Origin: Octopus sinensis
Taxonomy: Eukaryota
NCBI RefSeq assembly: GCF_006345805.1
Contig: NC_043018.1
Location: 28,024,001 to 28,088,000 of the forward strand
Length of the DNA: 64,000 bases
Direction of reading: 5' to 3'
The position numbers and the translations under genes were made by a program. Shown here one piece after another: positions 1 to 13,074 of this stretch. The stretch's first letter is position 1. Each line of letters starts with the position of its first letter. Under the pieces are notes generated by a model. That model had not been told where the DNA came from, ran no database searches, and saw only the letters and a program-made list of their open reading frames with translations.

Positions 1-462
1 CACCAATGCCCGGGGATAAAACATAAAACTCAAACCGATAGTATATATGTGGATATTTTATCCCTTAATCCATTATTATAACCGCTAACTCTGTTTACAC
101 ACACACATGCACACACATACACTCACACATACACTCACATACACACACCCACACATATATTGATGCACACAAGTAAATACATAAATGTAAAACAAATTGG
201 AATAGATAGTACTCGATTACCGAAGATAGAGTTTTTAATTGAAGTCGAATAATATTCTCACAAACTGTCCCTCGGAGTATTACGTTACCGTGTGTCGGAC
301 AGTTGTAATCAAAACAGTCCAACGAATGCTAACGTGATACACAGAGTGACAGTCTTGTGAAGAATATTTTCGTTTCTAGTACATGCGAGTGTGTGAGAGT
401 GTATACGTGTGTATAGATAAATAGATAGACACATAGATGAAATTGATAAATTAGATAAATAG

Positions 463-608
463 GTGTGGTAAGAAGCTTACTTCCCAACCACATCACTCCA
501 TGTTCAGTCCCACTGCATGGCACTTTGTGCAGTTGTTTTCTACCAGAGCCCCGGGCTGATCAAAGCCTTGTGAGTGGATTTGGTAGACGGAAACTAAAAG
601 AAGCCCGT

Positions 609-612
<4 letters not shown>
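463..612 (+). mobile_element. SINE family A (tRNA-derived, CORE-like), 5' half
   Basis: gtgtggtaagaagc...gttcagtcccactgc...gatttggtagacggaaact..aagaagccc matches the full copies at 53580-54012 and 56180-56598. Confidence 0.85.
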
Positions 613-674
<62 letters not shown>

Positions 675-744
675 ATATATATATATATATATGTATATAT
701 ATGAATAAAAAATGGAGTTAACGCAGGCTTAAACAAGTATTTTT

Positions 745-828
745 ACTTTCTACACGTTTCGAAAATTCCACTGATACTATTCAAAAGAATAAATGGTATA
801 AACAATGCAATCTTCTCTTCGGGAAAGT
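745..828 (-). ncRNA. Type I hammerhead-like motif, U4C core variant
   Basis: Minus strand: ACTTTC | CCGAAGA | GAAGATT...AATTTTC | GAAA | CGTG | TA | GAAAGT. Stem I 6 bp, stem II 7 bp, 1-bp stem III with tetraloop. Confidence 0.7.
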
Positions 829-1027
829 GAAAAAAACGAAACTCGTCAATACGACATTTTAGCAAAAAATGATGGATTTGTATAGCGATAGACAGAACGC
901 TATTAATATTGTTTAAAAACGTTATATGATATAACGTCATAAGTAGCTAACAGAAAGAGTAGGGATATTAATAGTGAATGTTAAATATAAAGGAAATTAA
1001 AGTTTAAATTATATATAATGATAGAGA

Positions 1028-1520
1028 CTACTTATATGCACTAAATGTATGTTTCTGCCAATGCTTACATCTGTATGCTCGTTCTATAACCGTGTTTACT
1101 AGAGTATTTTTAGAAAAAATAATGAAAAATAGCTCAGAATTGCAGAGAAGACAGAATTTCTTGCCTTTGTCATATGGTATCGAAATTGAGAGGATCAATC
1201 ATTCTAAATGAAATTGTTCATTGTGGTCTTTTAAATCCCAAAATCAGTTTGCTGAGACCGGTACTATTCCGTTTATTTCTATCCCTAAATGTTGAGTAAT
1301 GGATAGAAATTCTTTTAGATAACTCTAACGATGTGCTTCCAATGTAAAATCGTACTTCATTACGAGTACTGATTATAGACTGGTATATAAAATTTTTAAT
1401 CTTAGAGTTACTTGACATAATATTTCTAGAGGGTTTGATGGTATTAGCTAAATTAATGTTAGTATTAGTAAATGTATTAATATTTAACAGTTTGTTATTA
1501 TGAGAGAATATAATTTGCAA
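1028..1520 (-). pseudogene. GIY-YIG endonuclease remnant of Penelope-like element
   Basis: NFIYQSIISTRNEVRFYIGSTSLELSKRISIHYSTFRDRNKRNSTGLSK, then a 1-nt frameshift. The plus arm reads in frame as LIWDLKDHNEQFHLEWLILS...KFCLLCNSELFFII...RCKHWQK, a typical PLE GIY-YIG pattern. Confidence 0.85.
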
Positions 1521-1817
1521 GAGATTTTTTGTGTTTGAAAAACTTATCCTAACCTTATGTGAATTAATTATAGAGTAATATCTAGAATTGTTTGGAAAAG
1601 TACCGGTCTCAGCAAACTGATTTGGGATTTAAAAGACCACAATGAACAATTTCATTTAGAATGGTTGATCCTCTCAATTTCGATACCATATGACAAAGGC
1701 AAGAAATTTTGTCTTCTCTGCAATTCTGAGCTATTTTTCATTATTTTTTCTAAAAATACTCTAGTAAACACGGTTATAGAACGAGCATACAGATGTAAGC
1801 ATTGGCAGAAACATACA

Positions 1818-1899
1818 TTTCCCGAAGAGAAGATTGCATTGTTTATACCATTTATTCTTTTGAATAGTATCAGTGGAATTTTCGAAACATGTGTAGAAA
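1818..1899 (+). ncRNA. Second copy of the hammerhead-like motif, stem I shortened by deletion
   Basis: TTTC | CCGAAGA | GAAGATT...AATTTTC | GAAA | CATGTG | TA | GAAA. Confidence 0.6.
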
Positions 1900-2103
1900 G
1901 TAAAAATACTTGTTTAAACCTGCGTTAACTCCATTTTTTATTCATATTATTCAAAATATTCAACGTAAACACGAAGTTTCAACCTTTATAAACAAGGAGT
2001 TACAACATCTTTAGTTGTGAGATTTTTGCTGCCCTGGTAACTATTCATTTATTTTTCCGTGTTAATTGTTAACAAGGTAAAAATACACTCATCTATTTAT
2101 ATG

Positions 2104-2156
<53 letters not shown>

Positions 2157-2177
2157 GTATATATATATGTATATAGC

Positions 2178-2352
2178 TGTTTGTGTTTTCCTCCAACACC
2201 CCTCCTCACCATCTCTTGACAACCAGTGTTCGTATGTTTACGTCCCCGTAACTTAGCAGTTCAGAAAAAGAGCCTGATAGAATATCAGGCAGAAAAACTT
2301 CAAGATGCTCCCCCAGCATGGCCGCAGTCTAAATACTGGAATAGGTAAGAGA
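2178..2352 (+). mobile_element. SINE family A, 3' half (separated from 463-612 by the Penelope insertion)
   Basis: cttgacaacc..gtttacgtccccgtaacttagc..ccagcatggccgcagtc matches the 3' half of 53580-54012. Confidence 0.8.
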
Positions 2353-2999
2353 TCAAAGATGTATATCTATGTACGTGTATGTGTGTATGTATGAATGTAT
2401 GTACGTGTGCATGCATGCGTGTGTGTGTGTATGTATGTATGTATGTATGTATGTATGTATGTATGTATGTATATGTTAGCCTGTTTTGTGGTTTCATTAG
2501 ACTTCCAATTTATACAGTGAGTCACACGGGTCATATATATATATCCTGTTTCTTTAGATTATTGTGTACATATAATACAATACGACCATACCAGCTAAAT
2601 ACAGTTAGTATATTTAACTTTCAGGGACCCCGTCAATCTAAGCATATAGAAAAAGCAGAAATTATGGTCCCAACAGGCCTCCGTATAACGTACTTTATAA
2701 TAACTCGCTCAAGACTTCCTCCGCCATCATGGACGTAAAAAACTATCCCCCCCTCCACTGCCATTGCCAACTGCTTAAAAAAGAATAATAAATATAATCA
2801 GGAAACAATAATATTTAGTATTTCATAAAATTCTTTTCTCTGTATCCAGGTCCCAGAGGTAAATGTGATTTAAATGAACGGGTTCCGACTGGGAATCGAA
2901 ATCAGATCGTGGTTTTGGTCCGTCGGGATTCAACAGCTTCTGGTTGAAGAACTTGTGGGCGCTCTCAACCACTTTAGTATTTCCCACAACCACCAACAT

Positions 3000-3740
3000 C
3001 GCCACTACAACCACGACGACGACGACCACCACCACCACCACCACCATCAACACCATCAACACCACCACCATCACCGACACGAACAACGTTGCTGTCACTA
3101 CCATCTCTATGACCACTACTGCTACTACCAGTCATCATCACCAACACCGAATCCCTCACCACCACCACCACCATCATCATCATCATCGTCGTCGTCTTCG
3201 TCACCACCGCCGCCACCGCCGCCGCCACCGCCGCCGCCACCGTCGCCGCCACCGCCGCCGCCACCACCACCGCCGCCGCCACTACCACCACCACAACCAC
3301 AACCACCATCAGCGATATCAGCAACAGCACCGTCGTAGTCGTCATAATCATAATCGTCACCATCATCGTCGTCGTCATCGTCTTCCTCATAATCATCATC
3401 GTCGTCATAATCATCATCATCATTGTCACCATCGTCGTCGTCATCATAAACATCGTCGTCGCCGTCGTCATCATCATCATCATCATCGTCGACATCGTCA
3501 TCGTCGTCGTCATCATCATCATCACCATCGTCATCGCCTTCATCATAATCATCGTCGTCATCATCATCATCATCATCGTCATCGGCGTCGTCATCGTCGT
3601 CGTCATCGTCGTCATCATCATCTTTACCAACATCATCATCATCATCACCACCAGCATCTTCATCAACATCGTCGTCGTCGTCGTCGTCTTATTCATCATA
3701 ATCATCGTCGGCGGCGGCGGCATTGCCATCATTGTCATCA
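3000..3740. repeat. Compound trinucleotide microsatellite (CAC/CGC/CAT/CGT)n
   Basis: Directly visible; it produces the poly-His/Arg/Pro/Thr ORFs in several frames. Confidence 0.95.
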
Positions 3741-3897
3741 ACACTTGTCCATTGCTGTCCTGAGTCCTAGAACTCACTAGGCCGGTTACCCAGCCGCCAT
3801 GGCATATAAATGAGCAAAATCACTGCTTTTCCTCCTTAAACGAGACATCCGTCCGCTGCACGGTTACAGAGGACTGAAAGTATCTACAAAAAATCAG

Positions 3898-4130
3898 GTC
3901 CGGTAAGTTCACCGTCATCAATTCACCACATGGAAAGGTCGCCATCATCAATTCACGTCTTTTTTTTTGTTTTCAATAAAATAGTTTTTAATTATTATAG
4001 GTGAAATCCTGTGGATATATTTTCTTGGTAAACCTTTCTCGCGTGAACTTTCTTCATGGTGAAATTTTCTTACAGTGACTTGATGGCGGTGAACTCGCCT
4101 GCGATGAATTGGTGGTGGTGAACTTACCTG
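3898..4130. mobile_element. MITE-like element with imperfect terminal inverted repeats
   Basis: Left cggtaagttcaccgtcatcaattc versus reverse complement of right end caggtaagttcaccaccaccaattc; internal aattcacc/ggtgaa sub-repeats. Confidence 0.55.
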
Positions 4131-4591
4131 TAATCATAAAAAATGTCTTCGAGAATGTCATAGGTAATAGAATGTTTGATATACCAACACACACAGACAA
4201 GCAAATTAAGGATTATTGAACCGATATTGGCGTTACGGATTATTTAGAAGCAAGTACCGGTACAACACATTGGACATCAGTGTCCAATTTCTGGACACTA
4301 ATAGTCCAGAATCTTTTATGATACGCACTAATCTACGAAGAGCAACTTCAAATCACATCGGCCTTCAGACCAGTTCACTGGTACCTCGCAAAGTGCACCT
4401 TACATAGTACAGTATCGGTAAACTTGTATCATTTATACTGATCTCCAGCTCCCTGTATCTGATTTGATTAAATGAATTTAATGTTTCATTTAGTGTTTGT
4501 TGACGAAGGTGACCTATCCTTTGTCCAGAAAAATCTAGACCAGAATGGCTTTGTAACCAAAAGTTTTGAAAAATCGGTGCTGCTCCTATAC

Positions 4592-5230
4592 CATCTTTCC
4601 TTTCTTCCTTCTTTCTTTCTTTCTTCCTTTCTCTCTTTCTTTCTTTCTTTCTTTCTTACTTTTTTTCCTTCTTCTCTTTTTCTTTTTCTGTTTTCCTTTT
4701 TCGCTCTTACTTTTTTAAGACTTTTTTCTTTCTTCATTCTTTCGCTTCCTTTCATTCATGCTTTCTTTTTTCTCTTGTTTTCTATCTTTATTTCTTTCTC
4801 TCCTTTTTCTTTTTTCTTTATTTCACTTTCTTTATTCTCTCTTTCTTCGGTTCTTTCATTTTCTTTCTTTCTTTCTTTCTTTCTTTCAGTCTTTCTTTTT
4901 CATTTTCCTTTCGTTCAGTTTAAACCTTTTTCCTTCTTTTTTTTGCTTTCTTTCACCCATTCTTTCTTTTTTCTCTTTCGTTTTCTTTCTTTCTTTCACT
5001 TTCTTTCCACTTTCATTCTTTCTGTTTTTCTTTCTTTTTCTCTTTCGTTCTCTCGTTCTTTTTTCTTTCATGTTCTCTTTTCTTTCCTTCACTTTCTTTA
5101 TACACTTTCTTTACGCTTATTTTGTTCTTTCTTTCTTTTCTTTCTCTTCATCATGCTTTTCCATTTTTCTTTCTTTCAGCTTAAACCTTCTTCCTGTCTT
5201 TCTTCTTCCTTTTGATTTCTTTCACTTTCC
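4592..5230. repeat. About 640-bp polypyrimidine (CTTT/TTC-rich) tract
   Basis: Almost exclusively C/T on the plus strand. Confidence 0.95.
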
Positions 5231-6240
5231 CTGTTTTGCAGGCATCGATAACCACGCACTAGCAAAAGAGTGGATATCAAATATCGGAGGAGGTCAACAA
5301 AACTACACACTGATCGACTATCGGCCGAGGATATTGTTAGCCAATTATTGCAAAAATTCGATATAATTATACATTAGTTAAGTATTAGGTTGATTATAAA
5401 TTATATATCCTGGTTACTTATATTAGGAAGGAAGTAAAGAATGCATTGATCTGCTATTAGAAACGGTCTTATGAAATGAATATTGGTCAATTTTGTGGAA
5501 CGATTATTAAGTTATGCACCGGTCGACTATGAGAAGAAATCAACAAAAGTCGATTCTACCGAATAGTTGGTCCCTAATATATGTCTCTGTGAGAAAAAAT
5601 ACAAAATAGTTGAGATATTTGAATTAGCAATGTATGTATCATACTTAATGCAGATACATGTCGGAAATCCAAATCAACTGCTGTAATCATCCGGAGATAA
5701 TATCTCATATGGATGTACAGTGATAAATAATGCAATAATATATCAGTTGCCGATGAAAACCGATGAAATAGATACGTATTTCTGCTTGTTTTGTCTTGGT
5801 CGGTATTAATTACTCATTGTCGATTGCTTATCCGTTGTCATTCATATGGAAAAACAATAACTGAAAATATCACTGATGTTACAATTAAATGGCGCGCTGA
5901 ATACAAATTCTTTATGTGCAGTAAAAGGTTAAAATATGCCTCTGTATATCGTACTTTGAGAAATAACAGAATAGTACAAGTGGCAGATGAAAAGCTTTGC
6001 AGTTGTTGTTGTTGTTGATGATGATGATGATGTTGAGGTCGTTGCAGCTGGCGTTTAGCATCATCATCATCAGCACCAGCAGCAGCAGCAGCACCACCAC
6101 CACCACCTGGCTCTTGAGCAAACTTAACAGAAGAATCCATCTGTTGTAAATTTGTAGATCAGGTCACCAATCATAATGGCTCTGAAAAGGAGTTCTTGTT
6201 ACTGCCTTTCCTGATATGACTACCACTAATAAGGCAGTAA

Positions 6241-6410
6241 TCTGGCAGAATCGCTAGAATCTTTAAATTCTTTAGTTTAAATGCCGCTGAGGTCGAATTG
6301 CCTTTCATCCTTTCGGTGTCGGAAAAATAAGTACCAGTGTAGTACTGGGGTCGAAGTAATCTACTTTCCTCCTCCCCCGAAATTACTGGCCTTGTGCCAT
6401 AATTTGGAAT
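6241..6410 (+). mobile_element. SINE family B (tRNA-derived), internally deleted copy
   Basis: ctggcagaatcg..gaggtcgaattgcctttcatcctttcgg..aagtaccag..ctggggtcga matches 29010-29235. Confidence 0.75.
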
Positions 6411-6879
6411 TGACTTGACTAACACCAGTTCTGACTGAGCCGAGTTATCACCAAAGAAATTCTTGTTGACGCCATTCGCTAAGCCATCCATAAAATGCCG
6501 TCTTTCTCAACCGTCTGTCTCTATTTCACGCCTGTTTGTCTATCTGTCTCTTAATTCGTAGATTGTATATATTGTCGTATGGATGTGAGTGAAAATGTTT
6601 GTCTAACTTGGACTCCATCTTTCAACGTGTCCAACGTTTCTAAACATTTGAAACAAAATTTACAGGAGTTTCGAGTTCTATGTATTGCACGTTAGGCGAT
6701 CACCTGCTACAGATCCCTTAATTAATCAGTCCCATCCATATTCATACGTTTTATATTTAAAAGTCTTTCAGGTAAAACTCTGATTCATTCACAGCAGTTT
6801 TTGTTTTATATAAACTACCAGTGATACACTGTCGTCTATTAATTGTCTATAATGATTGTCTGTAACCCACCTCCTAGCA

Positions 6880-7322
6880 TAGTAGTTTTGTATCTACTGA
6901 TATACTGGGGGATAGCATATTTGGCTATAAACTTACTCCTTTGATGGTCGTCTTGTACTTATTAATACACTGGTTTAACATAACTGAGGGCAAACTTATT
7001 CTTTAAGCTGTGGTATTTACCTACAGATATACTGGAACTAACATAATTCTTCTTAAACAGTACACTTGTCCGTTCTGCCATACTGGAACTAATATAATTG
7101 AGTGTAACCCTATAGCTTAGTTTTGAACCTACTCACAGACTGAATAAACATCCCTGACAAAAAAGCTACTCCTTAAAATGTGGTCTAGTACCTACTGATA
7201 CACTAGAGATAATATCGCCAACTGCAAACCTACACCTTAAACTGTAGTCTTGTAACTTCTCATGTACTAATGTACAGTGTTAACAGCATGGACTGTAACC
7301 CCATTCTTCAAACTGTATTGTT
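6880..7322. repeat. Degenerate minisatellite, unit about 50-70 bp, about 7 copies
   Basis: Recurrent tacctactgatatactgga...aacctactccttaaactgtggtcttg-like units. Confidence 0.6.
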
Positions 7323-7389
7323 ATTTCGCTGGAACTTACCTGGCAAGGAGCTGGCCAATATTCATTTCAGATACTGGCAGAATGACGGC

Positions 7390-7556
7390 AATTTCGAGAG
7401 AGGGGTTAAATCGATTGCATCCACTCCACTGTTCACTATTTGAAAGGGATGAAAGGCGAAGTTGACTACGATGCAATTTGAACTCAGAAAGTAGAGATGG
7501 ACAAAATGCCGTAATGCATTTTGGCCCGTGAGCTAACGATTCTATCAGCTCGCACC
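7390..7556 (-). mobile_element. SINE family B
   Basis: gatgaaaggcgaagttgac..tttgaactcagaa..gctaacgattctatcagctcgc is the reverse complement of the family B head. Confidence 0.7.
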
Positions 7557-8483
7557 TTAAGGTTCTAATGAATATTAACAGCAAATGGAGACGTTATATA
7601 CGATACACTCACTGAAGTTCATGACTTTTGTTGCATTTGTATCTTTCTTTTCAGCTGTCATTTTTCCAGGTGTTCGTGATCGTTGCCCTCTTCCCTATGA
7701 CAAAGTCTGAAGATACGTGATTTTTCTCGGAATAAAGTACAGTACTAGTTTCACGTTGCATTCTGCGATTTATCTAGTTTAGTCTGTTAATTTCCTGAGA
7801 GCTCAAGTTTACCCTTGCGGCAGAGCGCATATTTTAAAACATAGGCATAGAGACATGTTCACATGGGCGTATCTAACACATGCGTAGATGCTAGGATTGC
7901 TCCGAGTTTTGTATGCTAAAGCCACAGGTCTATCTGCTATTTGACACAAAACTTCACAGGCCAGAACGTATCTAGTAGTAATGGTGTCTGAACATACGAA
8001 CTGAAGCCTCACTGTTGGAATTAATTTAATGTGTTTCCTAGAACATTTGTATGACCCGAGGAAAGCGTTACCCGAGGTTTCTGAACAGATCCTTCGTCAG
8101 TATATTTCTCATCTCCATGACATACAAACTTTTCCAAATTCACAAACGTCGCTATGTTATATTTCTTCACTCACACCAACCACCACTTGTCTTTTAAGAC
8201 TGATTGTATTTCGAAGGTACGCAATGAGTCGAAACAGGGGCAGCTGAAGAAGGGGAATGTTCCTTGCGTTGTTTGTCTTGTACTCTGTTTTTTCGTTGTT
8301 AAAAAAAGTCCGTTTCCTTGTTTTGTTTTTATGTTTTCGTTTCTCGTTGTGTTCTACGTTTATTTGTGGTGTCCTGTACCTATATATGCATGCATATATA
8401 CATATAGATGTAGGTATGTACATATATGTATGTATATATGCACATGTTTTATTTATTAAATTGTTATTATATATATATATATA

Positions 8484-8573
<90 letters not shown>

Positions 8574-9665
8574 TACGTACGAATGTAGATGTTTCATTCT
8601 AGCTGAGAAAAATCATACATATAAGTTGACAGCCTTGGCGAATTATAATATTTACGGAGTATGTAATAAAACATTGACTGTAATATGTGGCGGCATTTTT
8701 AATTCAGCGTTACACATGTTTCATTACAAGAGAGGAAATACATTTTATGATAATAAATATTAATATTAATAATCATATTATAAACTCATAAAAGAAATAT
8801 GCATACATCTACAAACATCAAGAACATTCTTAATCTGTCAACTTTGAGTGATAGATTAAAATAATTATTCAGAATCTATGCCTGGACATTAACAAATAGT
8901 AGGTGTTCTCTATGTTTATAAATGTATGTATATATTTATTATGAATTTATTATATTTATAGTATTATTAATATAAACATTTATATTCATATAATGCATTC
9001 TTCATATTGTTATGAAAGGTGTAACAGAATTGAAATGGTACTACATGTTTTGGACTATCATTTTATTTCTTTTATTTTAAGTAAATTTGCAGTGTGTTGA
9101 ATTTAGCTTTATTAATTTGTATCTCGAATTATACCGCGCTGGAGTCGCCAGAGTGGATGAAATGGCGCTATACACAACTCTTTTGTTAACTTTGTTACAA
9201 TTAAGAGAAAAAAAGAATAAAAACTAAAAAATAAATATCTATGTTCTGTAACTTAATTTAAACTAGAAGTGATTCTTTTCCCTTAATGGAAAAATTCACC
9301 GGAGGAAAAAAACATATGTACGAATGTGTGTATGTATATATATATATATTTTTTGTTATCTCCCTTGTACCTTTCCCTCTGTCGCTTCCTCTCTCCCGCC
9401 TCTCTCTCTCCTTATCTAATTCTTCAATCCCTCAGCCTCTTACCTCTCTCAGTTCCTCCCACCTGATCGGTGCTCGGTCAAGAATGATCTTTCTTTCGTG
9501 GCCTGATCGCCGAGCGCACAACACTATATTTTCCTGTCTTCCGATACATAATTATGTTTGTTGCCGCAAGGCTTCTACTTCAAACGTCAGCATAACTTAA
9601 TTTGTCCTTTTAGTCAAAAGACACCTGTTGTTATTCTTGTTAGTTGTATTTGTAATCGTATAGTG

Positions 9666-9985
9666 AGGGCGCGTGGCTTAGTGGTTAGGGCATTCGGCTC
9701 ATGATCGTAAGGTTGTGAGTTCGATTCCCGGCGACGCGTTGTGTCCTTGAGCAAGACACTTTATTTCACGTTGCTCCAGTCCACTCAGCTGGCAAAAATG
9801 AGTTGTACTTGTATTTCAAAGGGTCAGCCTTGTCACTCTCTGTGTCACGCTGATTATCCCCGAGAACTACGTTAAGGGTACACGTGTCTGTGGAATGCTC
9901 AGCCATTTGCACGTTAATTTCACGAGCAAGCTGTTCCGTTGATCGTATCAGCTGGGACCCTCGTCGTCGTAACCGGCGGAGTCTT
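9666..9985 (+). mobile_element. SINE family C (tRNA-derived head, CORE-like block)
   Basis: A box tggcttagtgg, B box gagttcgattcc, gtgtccttgagcaagacactt; homologous to 59602-59912. Confidence 0.9.
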
Positions 9986-10063
9986 TAATTTGTAATCGTG
10001 TAACATTTTCTCGTTTTATTTTTGGTCCTTGTTGTCGAACATATTCGCTTGCTTACATATAAT

Positions 10064-10350
<287 letters not shown>

Positions 10351-11326
10351 GTTATTAAAATTTTGGAAGTATATACATATGTATGTATGTACGTATATTT
10401 GTATATATATATATGCATTTGCTTCTACGTGTGTGAATATGTGCCTCTGTGTGTGTGTGTGTATACATATATATACATACATACATATATGTGTGTGTAT
10501 CAGAATGATAGGCGTAGCGGTTCACGAGAACGACAAGCGCGTGAGAACCATGCCCTTTACAGTGACCCACTTATACGGATATGCTGCTTTATTTTTATTA
10601 AGAAAGTCTATGAAGAACTTTTATCTCAGACAGTTCAACAGCTTCGTTCCTTTTCACGGTTTGTATACATTTAGTATGATACAGACGGATGGTTCGTATG
10701 CCAGAATTACGAAGCCAATCGTTCACAAGGCACAGATGAACGTTTCACTTAACAACGAAACAATAAACAATATTGTCCTAGATAGACTATGACAAAAAAG
10801 AGGCACTGGATGATCAGAGAGCAAAGGCTTGAATAACTTTGATCGTAACTCTTCACGACAATGTAAAGGACCAAAAACTGAACTGTAGCAACTCGGAAAG
10901 AAATAATTTACCGGTTTTTCAATTTTCCGTAAATTAAAAAGAATTAAATAAAGCAAATACACTTTTTGCTTTTTTATGCTTTTATAATGAAAAATTGAAT
11001 ATATTTTTGTTTCCTTTCAGGTTTGTTTCCTAAGAACTCTCTCTGTCTCTCTCCCTCACACACTCGCTCGTTCTCGCTCTGTCTCTTTCTTTTTCTCCCT
11101 TGTTAAATGTTCACATAAATTTGAAAAGTTTAATGCAAGAAATATATTTATTTATTTTAATTTTTTAAATTATTATTTTTTTTTTAAATATCTTTTTTGT
11201 TTTGGCATCAAAGATCTGCCAATTGTCATTCGTATTAAATTTCTGAAAACACACATTTCAAATTTACGCTTGCCCGAATCAGCATACCATTTTTTGAAAA
11301 GAGCAAAAAGAAAGAAAAAGAAAACC

Positions 11327-11384
<58 letters not shown>

Positions 11385-11463
11385 TAATAATAATAATAAA
11401 GATAATGATAATGATGATAATAAAACAATAAGGTTGATAATAATAATAATAATGATGATGGCG

Positions 11464-11502
<39 letters not shown>

Positions 11503-11644
11503 TTAATATTAATAAAAACAATAAAAATAGTAATAATAGAAATATCTAATTCCGTAACAAGCCAAATGTAGAAAAAGAAGCAAAACACAGCAACAATTTA
11601 TTGGTATATATATATTTTTTATACACAGTAATATATTCATTTGC

Positions 11645-11681
<37 letters not shown>

Positions 11682-12347
11682 CATACACACATATATATAT
11701 ACATACATATGCATACACATGTATACATATATAAAAGTACCCATATATATAAATATATACATATGCATATATATGTAAATATATATATATATATATATAT
11801 ACATATATGCATTATGTATACATATGTTAATTTTCCTTTTTTTATACACAGCGATAAATCCATACGTGTGTGTGTAAGTTGCTTTCTTTTTTCTTCGTAC
11901 CTTATTTTCTCTTATATTTTTGTTCATATTTCTTGTATATTCTACCGTTATTTAGAAATATTAATTTTTGTTATTATTTTCATTATTTTCAATTTCTTGG
12001 ATTCCATTCCACTCAGCCGTTCTGTTCAGTTCATGAGGAAAATGTTTATTGAAGTTTTATTCTTTTCTTGTTTTATTTTAATTTATCTTATATTATTAGT
12101 GATATTTTCTGTCCATTTTCTTTTCTCAACACATTCTTAAAAAAATTGGAATCGCTTGCTTCGTAATATATATATATATGTGTATGTATGTATACATGAA
12201 TCTATGTATGTATGTAGATATGTAAATATACATATAGATAGATAGATATATACATATATATATACACAAATATATATACATATATACATCTATATATATA
12301 TGTAATATATATATGTATATATATTATATACACGCACACACACACAC

Positions 12348-12379
<32 letters not shown>

Positions 12380-12524
12380 ATATATATATATATATATACA
12401 AACACATCTATATGTCTCTCTTGTTGAAATCCATTAGTCACCTTTGTTAATATATATATGTGTGTGTATGTATAAATATATGTATGTATATATATATACA
12501 TACATATATATATGTATATATACA

Positions 12525-12556
<32 letters not shown>

Positions 12557-12960
12557 CAGATATATATATATATACACATACATTTATAAATATATATATA
12601 TATATACTTATATATATATATATGTATATATATAATATAATATTTTTTTGTCATTTTATTTGCAGTTCCATTTTTTTCGGGATGTCTCTCTTATTTCTGG
12701 AATATTGTCCAACAAGTGCAGTTTTTAAAGAAACACAGTGATGGGAAACGAAAACCGGTCGTGAAAGATAATTAGTTTTCATTTCGTACGCTTTTCGCAT
12801 TCTTTTTCCTTTTTTCTTTTTTTTTTGCTTCAATTCTTATCGAAATGTTTATCAGTGTTCATTCCTTCCTTTTGCTTATACATGTTTTGTGCATCGGCAG
12901 AGATTTACAAAAGTGAGTGACTTCATATATACGTCTGTATGTGTGCGTGTATATATAATG

Positions 12961-12991
<31 letters not shown>

Positions 12992-13027
12992 TTTATATAT
13001 GTATATGTGTGTGTAGGCTTTGTAAAT

Positions 13028-13074
<47 letters not shown>

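Larger units (their letters stand above)
703..1946. mobile_element. Penelope-like element 3' end as two tail-out inverted copies (minus arm about 703-1598, plus arm about 1600-1946)
   Basis: 703-826 and 1044-1264 are reverse complements of about 1818-1946 and 1600-1820. Both arms carry GIY-YIG C-terminal coding remnants and a hammerhead-like motif. Flanked by (TA)n. Confidence 0.9.

Noticed and set aside
215-310. Possible decayed hammerhead (GATTAC/GTAATC stem I, 7-bp stem III)
   Set aside because: Needs two core lesions (U4 deleted, G12C), and the 5' arm may come from a SINE fragment; single copy.
2874-3780. Long ORFs (154-278 aa) rich in His/Arg/Pro/Thr/Met
   Set aside because: Translations of a compound trinucleotide microsatellite, open in several frames on both strands, with no domain.
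4472-5366. Phe/Leu/Ser-rich 'membrane protein' ORFs
   Set aside because: Artefact of the polypyrimidine tract.
8060-8105. CTGACGA...GAAA..GTA on the minus strand
   Set aside because: No stem I complementarity.
9666-9740. tRNA gene
   Set aside because: A/B boxes belong to a SINE head that continues into a SINE body; the acceptor stem is incomplete. The same applies to the other SINE heads.
10500-10792. About 100-codon open frame in unique sequence
   Set aside because: No recognisable domain, start or convincing splice sites.
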